A DNA stretch of 64,000 bases from an uncultured Candidatus Binatia bacterium (GTDB lineage Bacteria; Desulfobacterota; Binatia; UBA9968; CAXXLF01): assembly GCA_965218425.1 (NCBI GenBank), contig OZ244621.1:4096001-4160000 (forward strand), read 5' to 3'. Shown piece after piece: positions 1 to 9,722 of the stretch; position 1 is the first letter of the stretch; every line of letters starts with the position of its first letter. Both the position numbers and the translations under genes were made by a program. The notes under the pieces are model-generated. The model did not search any database, was not told where the DNA came from, and worked only from the letters and a program-made list of their open reading frames with translations.

Positions 1-911
1 ACTCCCGTACGCACGGTAATCACCGAATAGTGGTCCGGATTGGAAGCAGTCAGCTCCTCGGTATGGCTCAGCACGATCCGAACCGGTTGCTTCGCCTCTT
101 TAGCGAGGAAATAGGCGATGGGAAGATCTCCGGCTCCGCTCTTGCCACCAAAGTCGCCTCCCACGTTGACCGCATGGACTTGAACGCGCTCGGGGCTTAC
201 TCCAATGGTTTTGGCAAACTGGGCCCGGGTACCGAAAGGCCCCTTGGTCGAAGACCACGAAAGGATCTGCCCGTCTTCTTCAATGGCCACCAGGAACGCC
301 TGGGGCTCGATGTAGCCTTGATGATGAATGGGGACACGAAAGGTGTGTTCGATCACCAAATCCGATTCGCTAAATCCTTTTTCTACCTCACCCCTACCCC
401 ATGAGTTACGGTTCGCTACGTTTGGCACATCCTTGACCACGGCTTCCTGCCTTACCCCTTCATAGGAGGATGGGTCATCATGGACTAATGGGGCGCCGGC
501 CTGCATGGCCACCAATGGATCGTATACCGCCGGAAGTTCCTCGTATTCCACGTCGATGAGGTTCACCGCTTCCTCCGCCGCCTCGCGGGTCTCGGCGGCA
601 ACGGCCGCCACCCGGTCCCCGATGAATCGCACCTTGTCCCAACAGAGGGCCGGGATGTCCTTAATGGCCTTACCCTGATAGTGGCCAGGGTAATCTTTTC
701 CTGTAACTACGGCTTTTACGCCCGGTACCTCCTGGGCCTTGCCGGTATCAACGCTCACAATGCGGGCATGTGCATAGGGACTCCGAAGGATCTTTCCCCA
801 CAGGGCCCCTGGATACGGAACGTCGGCGGCGTACTTAGCCTGACCGCTCACCTTCTCGACCCCTTCCACCCGTCCTACACTCGCACCGATGACTGATTGC
901 GCCTTCGCCAT
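1..911 (-). CDS. Xanthine dehydrogenase/CoxL-family molybdopterin-binding subunit (5' part; runs off the window start)
   Basis: Not in the ORF track because the stop lies outside the window. Manual translation: MAKAQSVIGASVGRVEGVEKVSGQAKYAAD...ILRSPYAHARIVSVD...KVRFIGDRVAAVAAET. AGGAG RBS upstream. Confidence 0.9.
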   Translation of the reverse strand, partial: MAKAQSVIGASVGRVEGVEKVSGQAKYAADVPYPGALWGKILRSPYAHARIVSVDTGKAQEVPGVKAVVTGKDYPGHYQGKAIKDIPALCWDKVRFIGDRVAAVAAETREAAEEAVNLIDVEYEELPAVYDPLVAMQAGAPLVHDDPSSYEGVRQEAVVKDVPNVANRNSWGRGEVEKGFSESDLVIEHTFRVPIHHQGYIEPQAFLVAIEEDGQILSWSSTKGPFGTRAQFAKTIGVSPERVQVHAVNVGGDFGGKSGAGDLPIAYFLAKEAKQPVRIVLSHTEELTASNPDHYSVITVRTG

Positions 912-1254
912 GTAAGGTCTCCTTTCGCTCATCCTGCTTTGGTAAATGATCCGTCTACCCTCGCACGTTTATCCATAGTGAACGCTCGGGGGCCAAACTG
1001 GTTTGGAATATATAGCTTTAATCCCTACCGGTGGGCAACAGACAAATCCAGGGTCGGGCGCATAACGCGAGTGGCCCTTTTTGAGATTCGGTCCATGGTT
1101 CGATCAGCAACGCACTCAAAATGGTCGTCACCACGAGTAGCCCGAACAGTCGCCAGGGCATTTCCTTAGAACTCTGGCTGCAGTCACGAATCGCTCCACC
1201 CAGGACTGGCACCAAGACGCTCCCCCCATTTAAAGAAAGCTCAGGTTTCCCCGC

Positions 1255-1794
1255 TCAGAAAGTCTGTGTGGCGTCCGGAAGTCTAACGTCAAACCCGTTT
1301 ATGACTAAACCGATGAGGCTATAGTGGCCCGTGAGGGTGATGGTCTCCAAGAACTGCTGACGGCCCAGTTCCGTCATTCCTTGGTTGTATAGCTCATCGG
1401 ACAAAGACCGGGCACGCAGCAGGCTCCGCACGATCTCCACGAACAAACGTTCCCGAGGCATTAATGGCGCTAACTCACTTTTGGTACGGACGACTTCGAT
1501 GGCCTCCTTACGCGTGCCAACCTGGAGTCCCCTGGCCTCGTGCCTTGCCCATGCGAAGTGCGCCTCCATCTCACGGGCGGTAGCCAGGATCACCAGTTCA
1601 CGGTCCGCCGCGGGTAGTGCCGCGTTGAAACGGAAGTAATCTTCCAAATTCGCCACGCGTTCAGCGAGGCTTGGCACGTGCATCAAAACCCCATAAGGCC
1701 CACGCACTCCGGGACGGACCTCCGCGATGCGGTCCCAAACCGCCTGACCCTCCGGGGAAAGCGACTCTCGGTTAACACCTGGTAGTCGGCTCAT
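1255..1794 (-). CDS. Carboxymuconolactone decarboxylase/AhpD-like family protein
   Basis: RGPYGVLMHVP...RELVILATARE...WARHE pattern; GGAGG RBS. Confidence 0.8.
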   Translation of the reverse strand: MSRLPGVNRESLSPEGQAVWDRIAEVRPGVRGPYGVLMHVPSLAERVANLEDYFRFNAALPAADRELVILATAREMEAHFAWARHEARGLQVGTRKEAIEVVRTKSELAPLMPRERLFVEIVRSLLRARSLSDELYNQGMTELGRQQFLETITLTGHYSLIGLVINGFDVRLPDATQTF

Positions 1795-2096
1795 GGCTCC
1801 TCCAATGTGGGTAAAGATTCTATCATTTCATTCTCACCGCCGAACGCCTCACTATATCTCTCTACGAATCTATGTGTAAACCCCGTCCCCGGTAAGAACG
1901 ATGACGGTTGGCGGGCGACCATTGCAGGCTTCAATAGGATTTGGGATTTTAATTCGGACGCGTCATGGCGCGAAAAACTTGGTTGAAGTTGTTCTGTCGA
2001 TCATGCTATCGGGAAGGATCTAGGGCTTGTGGCGTATTACCACGGCCGCAAACAACGGCCAATAAAGCCATCAACCCTTAAAGACTCTTTCGCGCG

Positions 2097-3026
2097 CTAG
2101 GCCCCTTGGTGCGCTTGGGTCTGTCTCACCAGTCGATCCGCGGCTGTATCTTTGTTCAGCAAGTCCCAACTGATCATCCACTGACGGGTCCTCTCCAACT
2201 CCTCGGGGGGGATTGGGCCTGGCTCAACCACCTGGAGCCTGCTCAAGTTAAAATCGTCAATGGTAAGGGCCGCCACCGCGGGGTCGGACTTGTGGTATTT
2301 GATAAAGTACTGGATGTACTTTCGTTTGTTGGCCTGAATACGGTGCACCGCTTCTCTGATCGCCCGGGTGAAACGAGCATAGTTGTCCTCGTCCAGGTCG
2401 TCGGTAGCCACCTCCGTACCGTGGTAAGGGGCAAGACAAAGAATCCTGCAGCCTGCCTTTTCAGCCACCGTGATATAGGGTTCGTAGACAACGGTTGCGT
2501 CAACTTCGCGATTCATGAGCGAGCGGTAGATATTGACCGAGCCGTTGGGACCCAAACAGGTCTTGATCATGTTACGCGGCAAGAACCCCTCCATCATCAG
2601 GAGGCCCAGATAGTGGGTCCCGGCAAAGTACGGCAAGGCAACTAACTTGTTAGCCAATTGTTGAGGGGTATAGACCGACGACCAGGGAGGCACGATGAGT
2701 GCCCCGTAAGCGATGATTGAACGCCTGCCTAGCTGTCGGGCCCCTTCTCCGCTCTCCTGCACCCGCTTGTAATTGCCCCACTCGCACGCGTTATACATGC
2801 TCGCCTTGACTGTATCATCGGATTCGAGGCTGCTTCCGTGGCTCAGGAAAGGGTTAAGGCCGATCCAGCTTGTAACGCTAGTGTCGGTTTTCTTGGGGGC
2901 CTCTTGACCACGTTTTACCCACTGAACATCCAACCCCTCTGCGGTAAAAAGACCTTCGTCGTAAGCCACCAACTCTGGCAACCCCTGGAAGGGGGTGGTT
3001 GATTCAAGACGGAGTTTCTTATCCAT
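2097..3026 (-). CDS. NitT/TauT (SsuA/THI5-like) substrate-binding-fold protein with no signal peptide
   Basis: GLFTAEGLDV, YTPQQLANKLVA and VDATVVYEPY motifs. The N-terminus is not hydrophobic. Confidence 0.7.
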   Translation of the reverse strand: MDKKLRLESTTPFQGLPELVAYDEGLFTAEGLDVQWVKRGQEAPKKTDTSVTSWIGLNPFLSHGSSLESDDTVKASMYNACEWGNYKRVQESGEGARQLGRRSIIAYGALIVPPWSSVYTPQQLANKLVALPYFAGTHYLGLLMMEGFLPRNMIKTCLGPNGSVNIYRSLMNREVDATVVYEPYITVAEKAGCRILCLAPYHGTEVATDDLDEDNYARFTRAIREAVHRIQANKRKYIQYFIKYHKSDPAVAALTIDDFNLSRLQVVEPGPIPPEELERTRQWMISWDLLNKDTAADRLVRQTQAHQGA

Positions 3027-3061
3027 GGCTTCATCCTTTCCTATTATTGGAAGCTGACAGC

Positions 3062-3090
3062 AAAATATCAGATCCGCCCATAGGGGTCAA
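3062..3090 (-). promoter_or_regulatory. Putative sigma70 promoter for the 2097..3026 gene
   Basis: TTGACC-17 nt-TATTTT on the minus strand. Confidence 0.45.
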
Positions 3091-3113
3091 CGCGGGAATG
3101 GAAAACGTAACGG

Positions 3114-3148
3114 CCTATCGGCTCCCGCTGAAGGGCGGGCCCCTGAGC
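3114..3148 (-). repeat. Partial copy (terminal segment) of dispersed ~260-bp repeat family A
   Basis: cctatcggctcccgctgaagggcgggcccctgagc resembles 13981-14015. Confidence 0.65.
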
Positions 3149-3191
3149 GCAGCAGTCCACTCTCCCGCCAATATCGGTAGAGCAACCTTCC

Positions 3192-3459
3192 AAAGCTTAC
3201 CTTCTCCTCGGGGATCGAGTCTTCAAGCCGCGGGCAACAGGCCAGTGAATATCTGAACCTGAACGTTCGACGCCCGCGCCCTCCTGTCTCACTCCCCTTC
3301 GTCGCTTTACCGGCTTGGGGCGCAGGGCGCCACGCCCAGAATGAGCAATGAGTAACGAGTGCTGAGTGGGGAATCGCTCGGTATGTAATCCCAACTTGCT
3401 GATAGCTGAGTGTTGTTAGCTAACCGTTGGGCTCCTCCGAAAGGCGGGCCCCCGAGCCC
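3192..3459 (-). repeat. Dispersed ~260-bp repeat family A, copy 1 (middle replaced by ~7-nt periodic repeats)
   Basis: gtgaatatctgaacctgaacgttc is identical to 13811-13834. The reverse complement aligns to 9555-9691, and 3425-3459 aligns to 9433-9468. Confidence 0.8.
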
Positions 3460-3473
3460 AGCGCCGGGTGGTC

Positions 3474-4697
3474 TTAAGCCGCGTGACCCGTGAAAACCAG
3501 ACCCGGCGGACGGCTGCCGAGCCGCCTTGGACCGTCCTCGGACAGCACCACTGTGTCACCCCACGCACCGTTATAGCGTCGACCGTCGGCATCGAAGCTC
3601 AGGCTCGGCTTGAAGATGAATACCCAACCTGACGCGAGAATCTGATTTAATGTCGCCTCATCCGCGTGACCTGTGACGAGAGGGCCATCGGAACCCAGCC
3701 CGCGACCGTGCATCATGAGCTGCCCCTGGCTACTCCCGTATCTGGACCAGGTGGGAAGGAGTTTAGCGGCCTTGGACACGCAAATAGCATCCATCTCGCG
3801 GACTGTCATGCCCACTCGAAGGGCCTCGAAGCAACGCTGCCAGTATTCCGAGTGCATCGCATAGAGATCTTTATAAACGGGGTCGCAGTCCTCCACGGCG
3901 AAGGGCTGCACCCCTTGGGCATGATAACCGCCATAGGCGGCCTCGATCTCGTTAACCATCACGTAGCCTCGCTCCAGGGTGCCGTGGCTGGCCCGGGTAA
4001 GGGTGTGTGGATGGAGTCCGCTTCCCCAATGATTGTGGAAGGGGAGTTCACTCCCACCCATGACGATCTCGCTGATGGATGCACCCCAGGCTTCGTAATC
4101 CTTGGTCCCGGGCCGCGCCACCTGCTGCACGCGGCGGATGGCCCGTTCAACGAGTTCTGTACTCTTGGAAAGAAAGACAATTTCCTCCGCGCTCTTGATA
4201 ATGCGCAGGGATTGGAGCTGCTCGGTGAAGTCCACCCACTCCACGTCCGGGAAAGCATCGCTCAACGCACGCATGAAACCGTGCAGGACGATGCCCTCAG
4301 GAGCCCGCACGTAGTTGTGAAGCCCGATGACGCCCACGCGTCTACGGGGCAGTGGCACTTCACGCAGTTTACCCACCACCCCTGCACCGTAGGCGCGGCG
4401 CGCTTCGCGAAGATCCGTCACCCAATCCTGTACGTGGCGCCACCGCTCGCAACTGGTGGCCACTGCCGCCACCTCTCCGTGAAGGGGAAAGACACAGGCG
4501 ATATCGGCATCGCCCCCGCCCCCCACATGGGAAAGATAACGAGCCTCCGCCTGGAAGTGTGTGGAATGGCCGGTGTTGTTCGGCGCAATGAGACAGTCAA
4601 TGTTTTCCCTCTCCATGACCTGACGTACAGCGGTCCACCGCCGCTCCCGCTCGGCATGAGTGAAACGAGGCTGGTCGTAGAGTTGTTCTTTGCCCAT
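3474..4697 (-). CDS. M24 (Xaa-Pro aminopeptidase/creatinase-fold) family protein
   Basis: ERERRWTAVR N-domain, LRIIKSAEEI linker, HGRGL. Start chosen after AGGAGG RBS. Confidence 0.8.
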   Translation of the reverse strand: MGKEQLYDQPRFTHAERERRWTAVRQVMERENIDCLIAPNNTGHSTHFQAEARYLSHVGGGGDADIACVFPLHGEVAAVATSCERWRHVQDWVTDLREARRAYGAGVVGKLREVPLPRRRVGVIGLHNYVRAPEGIVLHGFMRALSDAFPDVEWVDFTEQLQSLRIIKSAEEIVFLSKSTELVERAIRRVQQVARPGTKDYEAWGASISEIVMGGSELPFHNHWGSGLHPHTLTRASHGTLERGYVMVNEIEAAYGGYHAQGVQPFAVEDCDPVYKDLYAMHSEYWQRCFEALRVGMTVREMDAICVSKAAKLLPTWSRYGSSQGQLMMHGRGLGSDGPLVTGHADEATLNQILASGWVFIFKPSLSFDADGRRYNGAWGDTVVLSEDGPRRLGSRPPGLVFTGHAA

Positions 4698-4880
4698 GGT
4701 ATATGTTCCTCCTTGCGAGATAGCCAAATCCAATCGTGGTCGATTTTCAGGCAAGCGGAAGTGTAGTCCGGTTGGCCCGACCTCGCAAGAGAATGAAAGG
4801 AGAGGACATTAAGACTTCGAAACTCAAGATTTTTTATGGGTCATTGTTTTTCCCTACCCCATGGATTAGCATACCTGTAG

Positions 4881-5693
4881 ATGGGCTCAGGGTGCAAAAG
4901 ATTTCTAGCCGCTTTTATTCTCCCAACCGTTTGGACTGCGGTCCTGCTGGTGGGAACTGCCCCTGCATGGGGCAAATGTCGGGATTTGAGGGTGGCCCGC
5001 TCACGTGGTTCCGTGGCATACGCGGCCCAGCCGGACGCAACTATTCAATATTTTGGCCACAATTTTTTTCTAATCACCACCAAAAAAGGTACGGCCATTG
5101 TCACCGACCCTTTGGGCCCCGGACGGTATCCCACTCCAATCATCGAGGGTGACGTCATTACCATCGGAAGAGAACACTACAACCACAATTTTGTCGAAAT
5201 TATTGGCGGCGACCCCCTGGTCCTTCGTGGCCTGTCCTCCAACGGATGGGGATGGAACAAGGTCAACACGAGTTTCAAGGACGTCTTTATCTACAATGTA
5301 CCCATCTATCACTACGCTGAAAGCGTTGACGCCATTAAAGGAGCTGCCTTCGTTTTTGACCTGGGGGAACTATGCATTGCCCACCTGGGCGACCTCAGCC
5401 AGAAACTGACCCCGGAGCAAGTTAAGATGCTTGGGAAAGTGGACGTGGCCCTAACGCCCATTGGCGGTTGGCGCACCATGGCACCAGACCTCGCACTCAA
5501 GGTATTGCAACAAATCAAGCCCAAGATCGTTATTCCGATGCATTACCGCGACCCCTACGTCATCGAGGAGTTTACCCAGGGACTGAGGGCCGAGTACCTG
5601 GACACGGACACGCTAATGGTCAGCAAGGACGCGTTGCCTTCCACCATGGAAATCAAGGTCCTGCAATTCGGTCAGGGAACCAGTTTCGAATAG
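4881..5693 (+). CDS. Exported MBL-fold metallo-hydrolase (Lactamase_B_3-like)
   Basis: Signal-like N-terminus; YFGHNFFLI, IVTDP, IAHLGDL, IPMHY. Confidence 0.8.
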   Translation: MGSGCKRFLAAFILPTVWTAVLLVGTAPAWGKCRDLRVARSRGSVAYAAQPDATIQYFGHNFFLITTKKGTAIVTDPLGPGRYPTPIIEGDVITIGREHYNHNFVEIIGGDPLVLRGLSSNGWGWNKVNTSFKDVFIYNVPIYHYAESVDAIKGAAFVFDLGELCIAHLGDLSQKLTPEQVKMLGKVDVALTPIGGWRTMAPDLALKVLQQIKPKIVIPMHYRDPYVIEEFTQGLRAEYLDTDTLMVSKDALPSTMEIKVLQFGQGTSFE

Positions 5694-5728
5694 ATCCGAT
5701 CGGATCGTACCCCGCGCCAATACGGTGG

Positions 5729-6721
5729 ATGATCACAGGTAGGTTCTTATTTTCTCCAGCTCAACTGCTTCTCTGTGCTGTACTGTTCGTTGGACCGAGG
5801 TGCGCGGCTTCAGATTGGGAAACCACGCATGGCCTCGGTTACCCGCTCACGGGGAAAATCTGGGATGTTTCCGCTGCCAGCTCCATTGATCGCACCGAGA
5901 TTGTGAGCCGCATGGCTCACGCCCGCTTCATACTCCTTGGCGAAAACCACGACAATCCCGACCACCACAGGTTACAGGCGGAGTTGCTCCGCGGGCTCGT
6001 TAACATTGGGCGCCGGCCTGCGGTTGGATTTGAAATGCTCGACCTCGACGACGAATTGGCCATTGCCAAATATTTGGCCCGGGCTCCAACTGACGCAACG
6101 GGCCTTGGCGACGCAGTGGGATGGAAGCGACGAGGTTGGCCGGACTGGAAGTATTATCAACCCATCGCTCAAGTTGCTCTCGAGGCCGGGTTGCCCGTTG
6201 TCGCAATGAACCTCCGCCGGTCCACTGCAAAGACCTTGCGCCGGGACGGCGTCGCGGGTCTCGATCGAGAGTTGGTCCGTCAGCTTGATCTCGACCGGCC
6301 CGTACCTCCAGATCAATGGAAAATAATGGCAGACGACCTACGCAAGGCCCATTGCGGCTATGCCCCTGAAGACCACCTGCAAACCATGATCATGATACAG
6401 CGAGCCCGAGACTCACGCATGGCAGATCGCATGATAACGGCTGGTGGCGCCGACGGATTGGTGCTGGTGGCTGGGGCCGGGCACGCTAGAATCGATTACG
6501 GAGTACCAACTCACCTACGGACAAAGGCAAGGGAACAGACCGTGGTCAGTCTTGCTTTTATGGAAGTCGAAGAGGGAAAAACCACCCCCAAGGCATATGC
6601 TTTAAGTCTCGGCCGCGACACGCTACCCTTTGACTACGTTTGGTTCACCCCGCGCCGCGTGAGAATGGACCCCTGCGATGAGTTCAAATCCCAGCTGGAG
6701 CGTTTGAAAAAGAAAGAGTAA
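5729..6721 (+). CDS. ChaN/PhuW-family haem-uptake-like exported protein
   Basis: LLGENHDNPDHHRLQ, VGFEML, QRARDSRMA, AGAGH motifs. Start approximate. Confidence 0.8.
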   Translation: MITGRFLFSPAQLLLCAVLFVGPRCAASDWETTHGLGYPLTGKIWDVSAASSIDRTEIVSRMAHARFILLGENHDNPDHHRLQAELLRGLVNIGRRPAVGFEMLDLDDELAIAKYLARAPTDATGLGDAVGWKRRGWPDWKYYQPIAQVALEAGLPVVAMNLRRSTAKTLRRDGVAGLDRELVRQLDLDRPVPPDQWKIMADDLRKAHCGYAPEDHLQTMIMIQRARDSRMADRMITAGGADGLVLVAGAGHARIDYGVPTHLRTKAREQTVVSLAFMEVEEGKTTPKAYALSLGRDTLPFDYVWFTPRRVRMDPCDEFKSQLERLKKKE

Positions 6722-6730
6722 GGCGATGAC

Positions 6731-7120
6731 TCGCGTTAAGACGCAAAGCGAGAACGGCAAAGCGCTAAGCGCGGGGCGCAAAGCGTCAAGAGCTATTAGC
6801 CGCAGATTTACCTAGGTGGACGCAGAAAGAAATCCCTTTAAGAATATTACCGCACAGGCGCCTATCGAGAACCTCGGGATGGTGAGCGGAGTTGAACCAC
6901 AGAGGGCGCAGAGAATTATCCTTTTTATTTGTCGGGAGACGACGACAAACAAAAACATTCTTCAAATCAAAGCTGTAGATTTTGCCCAATCGTCGTCGGT
7001 AAAAAGGGATTTCCTCAGCGTACTCTGCGTCTCTGCGGTGAGATGTCCGAATCCCTATCCACGAGAATCTGCGTTAATCTGCGGCCTATAACTCTTTGAG
7101 AGCTTAGCGTCCTGGCGCGA
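6731..7120. repeat. Nested inverted-repeat (REP/REPIN-like) composite
   Basis: Three nested IR pairs (6731-6748/7103-7120, 6799-6808/7076-7085, ~6849-6913/7012-7039) plus an internal hairpin at ~6923-6954. Confidence 0.7.
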
Positions 7121-7148
7121 CACACGTTTTTGAAGGGGGAGAACGATC

Positions 7149-8333
7149 ATGACTCAAACCTACGGTGTGATTTCCGGAGATAGCCACCTGGAAATACCCT
7201 ATGATTGGTGGACGCCGGGGGTCCCTGAGAAATACCGGGAACAGGCTCCACGGAGGATCCGGATGCCGGGTGGAGGCGATGGCTTTGTCGGCGAAGGATC
7301 ACCGGTTATTTTCGGGGGCACGGGACACTACGCCGGAAAGCTGCCCGAGAAGTTCAATCCCATGGTTGCTGAGGACATGGACAAGGCGGTGGGTTCCGGC
7401 TCACCCGTCCAACGTCTGAGGGAGCAGGATACCGACGGGGTGGACGCCGAGCTCCTGTTTCCCAGTAATACGGCCATGAAGGCCTGCCGCGGCATCCGAG
7501 ACGACCTTGCATTCAAAGCCGTGATCCATGCTTACAACGAGTACCTGGCGGAACAGTACTGCACCCAATCCCCGTACCGACTCCTGGGTGTCGGTGTGCT
7601 TCCCCTCCGTGGACTGGAGGGAGACATCCAGGAAATGGAGTACTGTAAAGCGGCAGGACTAGCCACAGTGGTGATGGGTCGTTACCCCGGTGGACAAACC
7701 TATCCTACTCGGGATGATGACCGTTTTTGGGCCGCAGCCATGGACCTGGACATGCCTCTTTCTATTCACACGTACCTGGGCGGGGTTCGTGGAGGCACGT
7801 TCCTCCCCTACCTCAAAAAACCTGAGGGGGAAATTCCCGACGATGATTTCTATCTGCGCATGTACCGGAACGCGAAGCCCCATACGGGTGGAGTCGAAGC
7901 CCTTCAAATGGTCATGGGCGGTGTCTTTCATCGTTTTCCCAAGCTCAGGTTTTACTGGGCGGAGAATAACGTGGGTTGGCTGCCTTACTACTACCAGCAT
8001 ATGGATTTGGAATGGGAACGGAATCATCACTGGGGTGAACGACTCTTCGGCGCCCTAGTCCTGGACCGACCTCCCAGTGAGTACATCAAGGAGCACGCCT
8101 ACTGGGGTTTCTTCGACGATACTGTGGGCATGAAGCTCCGCCATGAGGTTGGGGTGGACCGTATCATCTGGGGGAGCGACTTTCCCCACGTAGTGACCAC
8201 ATGGCCGCATTCACACGAGATCCTGGGGCGGCAGATGCGGTCGGCCTCAGACGAAGATAAACGAAAGATGACGTCCCAGAACCTGATAGACTTCTTGCAT
8301 CTCGACGCCGTGGCGAAAGCGCCAGAACTCTGA
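7149..8333 (+). CDS. Amidohydrolase family (Amidohydro_2) protein
   Basis: ISGDSH, DGVDAELLFP, PLSIH, WGSDFPH. Confidence 0.9.
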   Translation: MTQTYGVISGDSHLEIPYDWWTPGVPEKYREQAPRRIRMPGGGDGFVGEGSPVIFGGTGHYAGKLPEKFNPMVAEDMDKAVGSGSPVQRLREQDTDGVDAELLFPSNTAMKACRGIRDDLAFKAVIHAYNEYLAEQYCTQSPYRLLGVGVLPLRGLEGDIQEMEYCKAAGLATVVMGRYPGGQTYPTRDDDRFWAAAMDLDMPLSIHTYLGGVRGGTFLPYLKKPEGEIPDDDFYLRMYRNAKPHTGGVEALQMVMGGVFHRFPKLRFYWAENNVGWLPYYYQHMDLEWERNHHWGERLFGALVLDRPPSEYIKEHAYWGFFDDTVGMKLRHEVGVDRIIWGSDFPHVVTTWPHSHEILGRQMRSASDEDKRKMTSQNLIDFLHLDAVAKAPEL

Positions 8334-8420
8334 ACAATGCAAAATTATAAAGTAAGACGGTATAACTTTTCTAGCTTACTTATTTTTCTTTTTCCCTTTT
8401 GCCTTTTTTGCCTCCCCTAC

Positions 8421-9185
8421 CTACCATTTCCCCGAGTGAACCGCGTCCACGGCTTTTTGGGTGGTATCGAAAATAAACTGCGCCGCGCTGGGACGATCCG
8501 CTTGATCTAGGGCTCGCGCCTCGTAACCCACCAAAGAATAGCTGACGTAAATCTTTCCGTCGGCCTCAGGACCGGTTTGACCACCAATGACCGGGATCTT
8601 GAGCTCCTTGCAGACCTCGGCGTAGATCTCCGTGGATACGCTGGTCAAATCAATCATAGAGGCGCCAGCATCTTCCAACGCATGGGCCCATTTTAAAATA
8701 TGTTCGCGGTCCGCAGGAGTGCCGTGGAGCCCAGTGCTCGCCGGCCCGGCAGGGAACCCGAGTTGAGGGTAAACGGCAAGGCCCGTCTCGAGGACGGCGC
8801 GGACATCGTCGAACAGTTCCTCCTCCTGCTGGCGGATATCCACCTTGGTCATGTCGGCACCCACTTCGTCCTTGATGCGCCGCGCCGCCTTGGCCACCTC
8901 TGTGGGTCCCCCCTTGCAGGTGGCCGTGGGCAGATCCACGTTCACCACCGCGCGCTGGGCGGCACGCACGACTGCCTTGGCGAAGGGAATCATGTCGTCG
9001 AGGGTGCAGTCGTCCGCGTTCGCCTGTCCCAAGAAACGCCTCCCTAGGCTATCACCTACGGACAGCAGGTCCGCTCCCGCCCTCTCACATATTTGAGCCA
9101 TTTGGAAATCGTGAACGACTGCGGCGGCAATTTTCTTGCCGTCGCGTTTCATCTGCTGCAGGTCTTCCACAGTCAATCTGGCCAT
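8421..9185 (-). CDS. PanB-like (ketopantoate hydroxymethyltransferase family) protein, divergent
   Basis: LQQMKRDGKKI, GADLLSVGDSLG, TLDDMI, VDLP, IPVIG. Confidence 0.7.
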   Translation of the reverse strand: MARLTVEDLQQMKRDGKKIAAAVVHDFQMAQICERAGADLLSVGDSLGRRFLGQANADDCTLDDMIPFAKAVVRAAQRAVVNVDLPTATCKGGPTEVAKAARRIKDEVGADMTKVDIRQQEEELFDDVRAVLETGLAVYPQLGFPAGPASTGLHGTPADREHILKWAHALEDAGASMIDLTSVSTEIYAEVCKELKIPVIGGQTGPEADGKIYVSYSLVGYEARALDQADRPSAAQFIFDTTQKAVDAVHSGKW

Positions 9186-9432
9186 GGGGCACACCTCCCT
9201 AGTTTCATTAAATATTTCGTAGGACTTAAATCAAACGGCCCACAAAGCGGACCCCAGTCTAGTCAGGTTCAGGAACACTTGCAAGAAGAACTTGCCTGTA
9301 GTGCGAAAAGTGTGGTGAGGTGCGCTGAGAACCCTAATTCTGGTAACGGATTCAGGGTGCTTTTATAGGAACTGTCGTTCCTTCGCTTCAGTGGCCCTTC
9401 GGCGGGAACGCTCATTCATCCATGTGAGGTAC

Positions 9433-9691
9433 GGCTCGGGGGCCTGCCCTTCAGTGAGAGCGATGGGCCTGTGCCTCGGGGCTCCGTCATTTGATCTGGC
9501 ATGCCAATATGGCTTGAACCTCTAATATCGGACGTTTCCCTTTCTTCGGTGCAAGCCCTTGCATCCCCAAGAGGTAAAGCGACGAAGGGGAGTGAGACGG
9601 AAGGCCGTGGGCATCGAACGTACGGCTTCAGACATCCACTGGCCTACTGCCCGCGGCCGGAGGCTCGCTTCCCGATGAGCCATAAAGCTTT
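9433..9691 (+). repeat. Dispersed ~260-bp repeat family A, copy 2
   Basis: Aligns end to end, by eye, with the reverse complement of 13761-14017. Confidence 0.8.
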
Positions 9692-9722
9692 TAGAGGTGC
9701 ATGCTAGCGCAGGCGCGGTGGG

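Noticed and set aside
1018..1215. Short intergenic ORFs (1018-1215, 33025-33336, 54428-54625)
   Set aside because: No recognisable family or convincing RBS; they cannot be supported as genes.
3666..4766. Long antisense ORFs (e.g. 3666-4766, 11224-12063, 45952-46764, 47602-48555, 48660-49481)
   Set aside because: They are shadows of well-supported genes on the opposite strand.
6873..6900. tRNA-like GGTTCAACTCC motif on the minus strand
   Set aside because: No cloverleaf; it is part of the nested repeat.
9433..9691. Family-A element as 6S RNA
   Set aside because: It is rod-like, but longer than typical 6S, present in several degenerate copies, and lacks a 6S consensus I can recognise. Left as an unassigned repeat.
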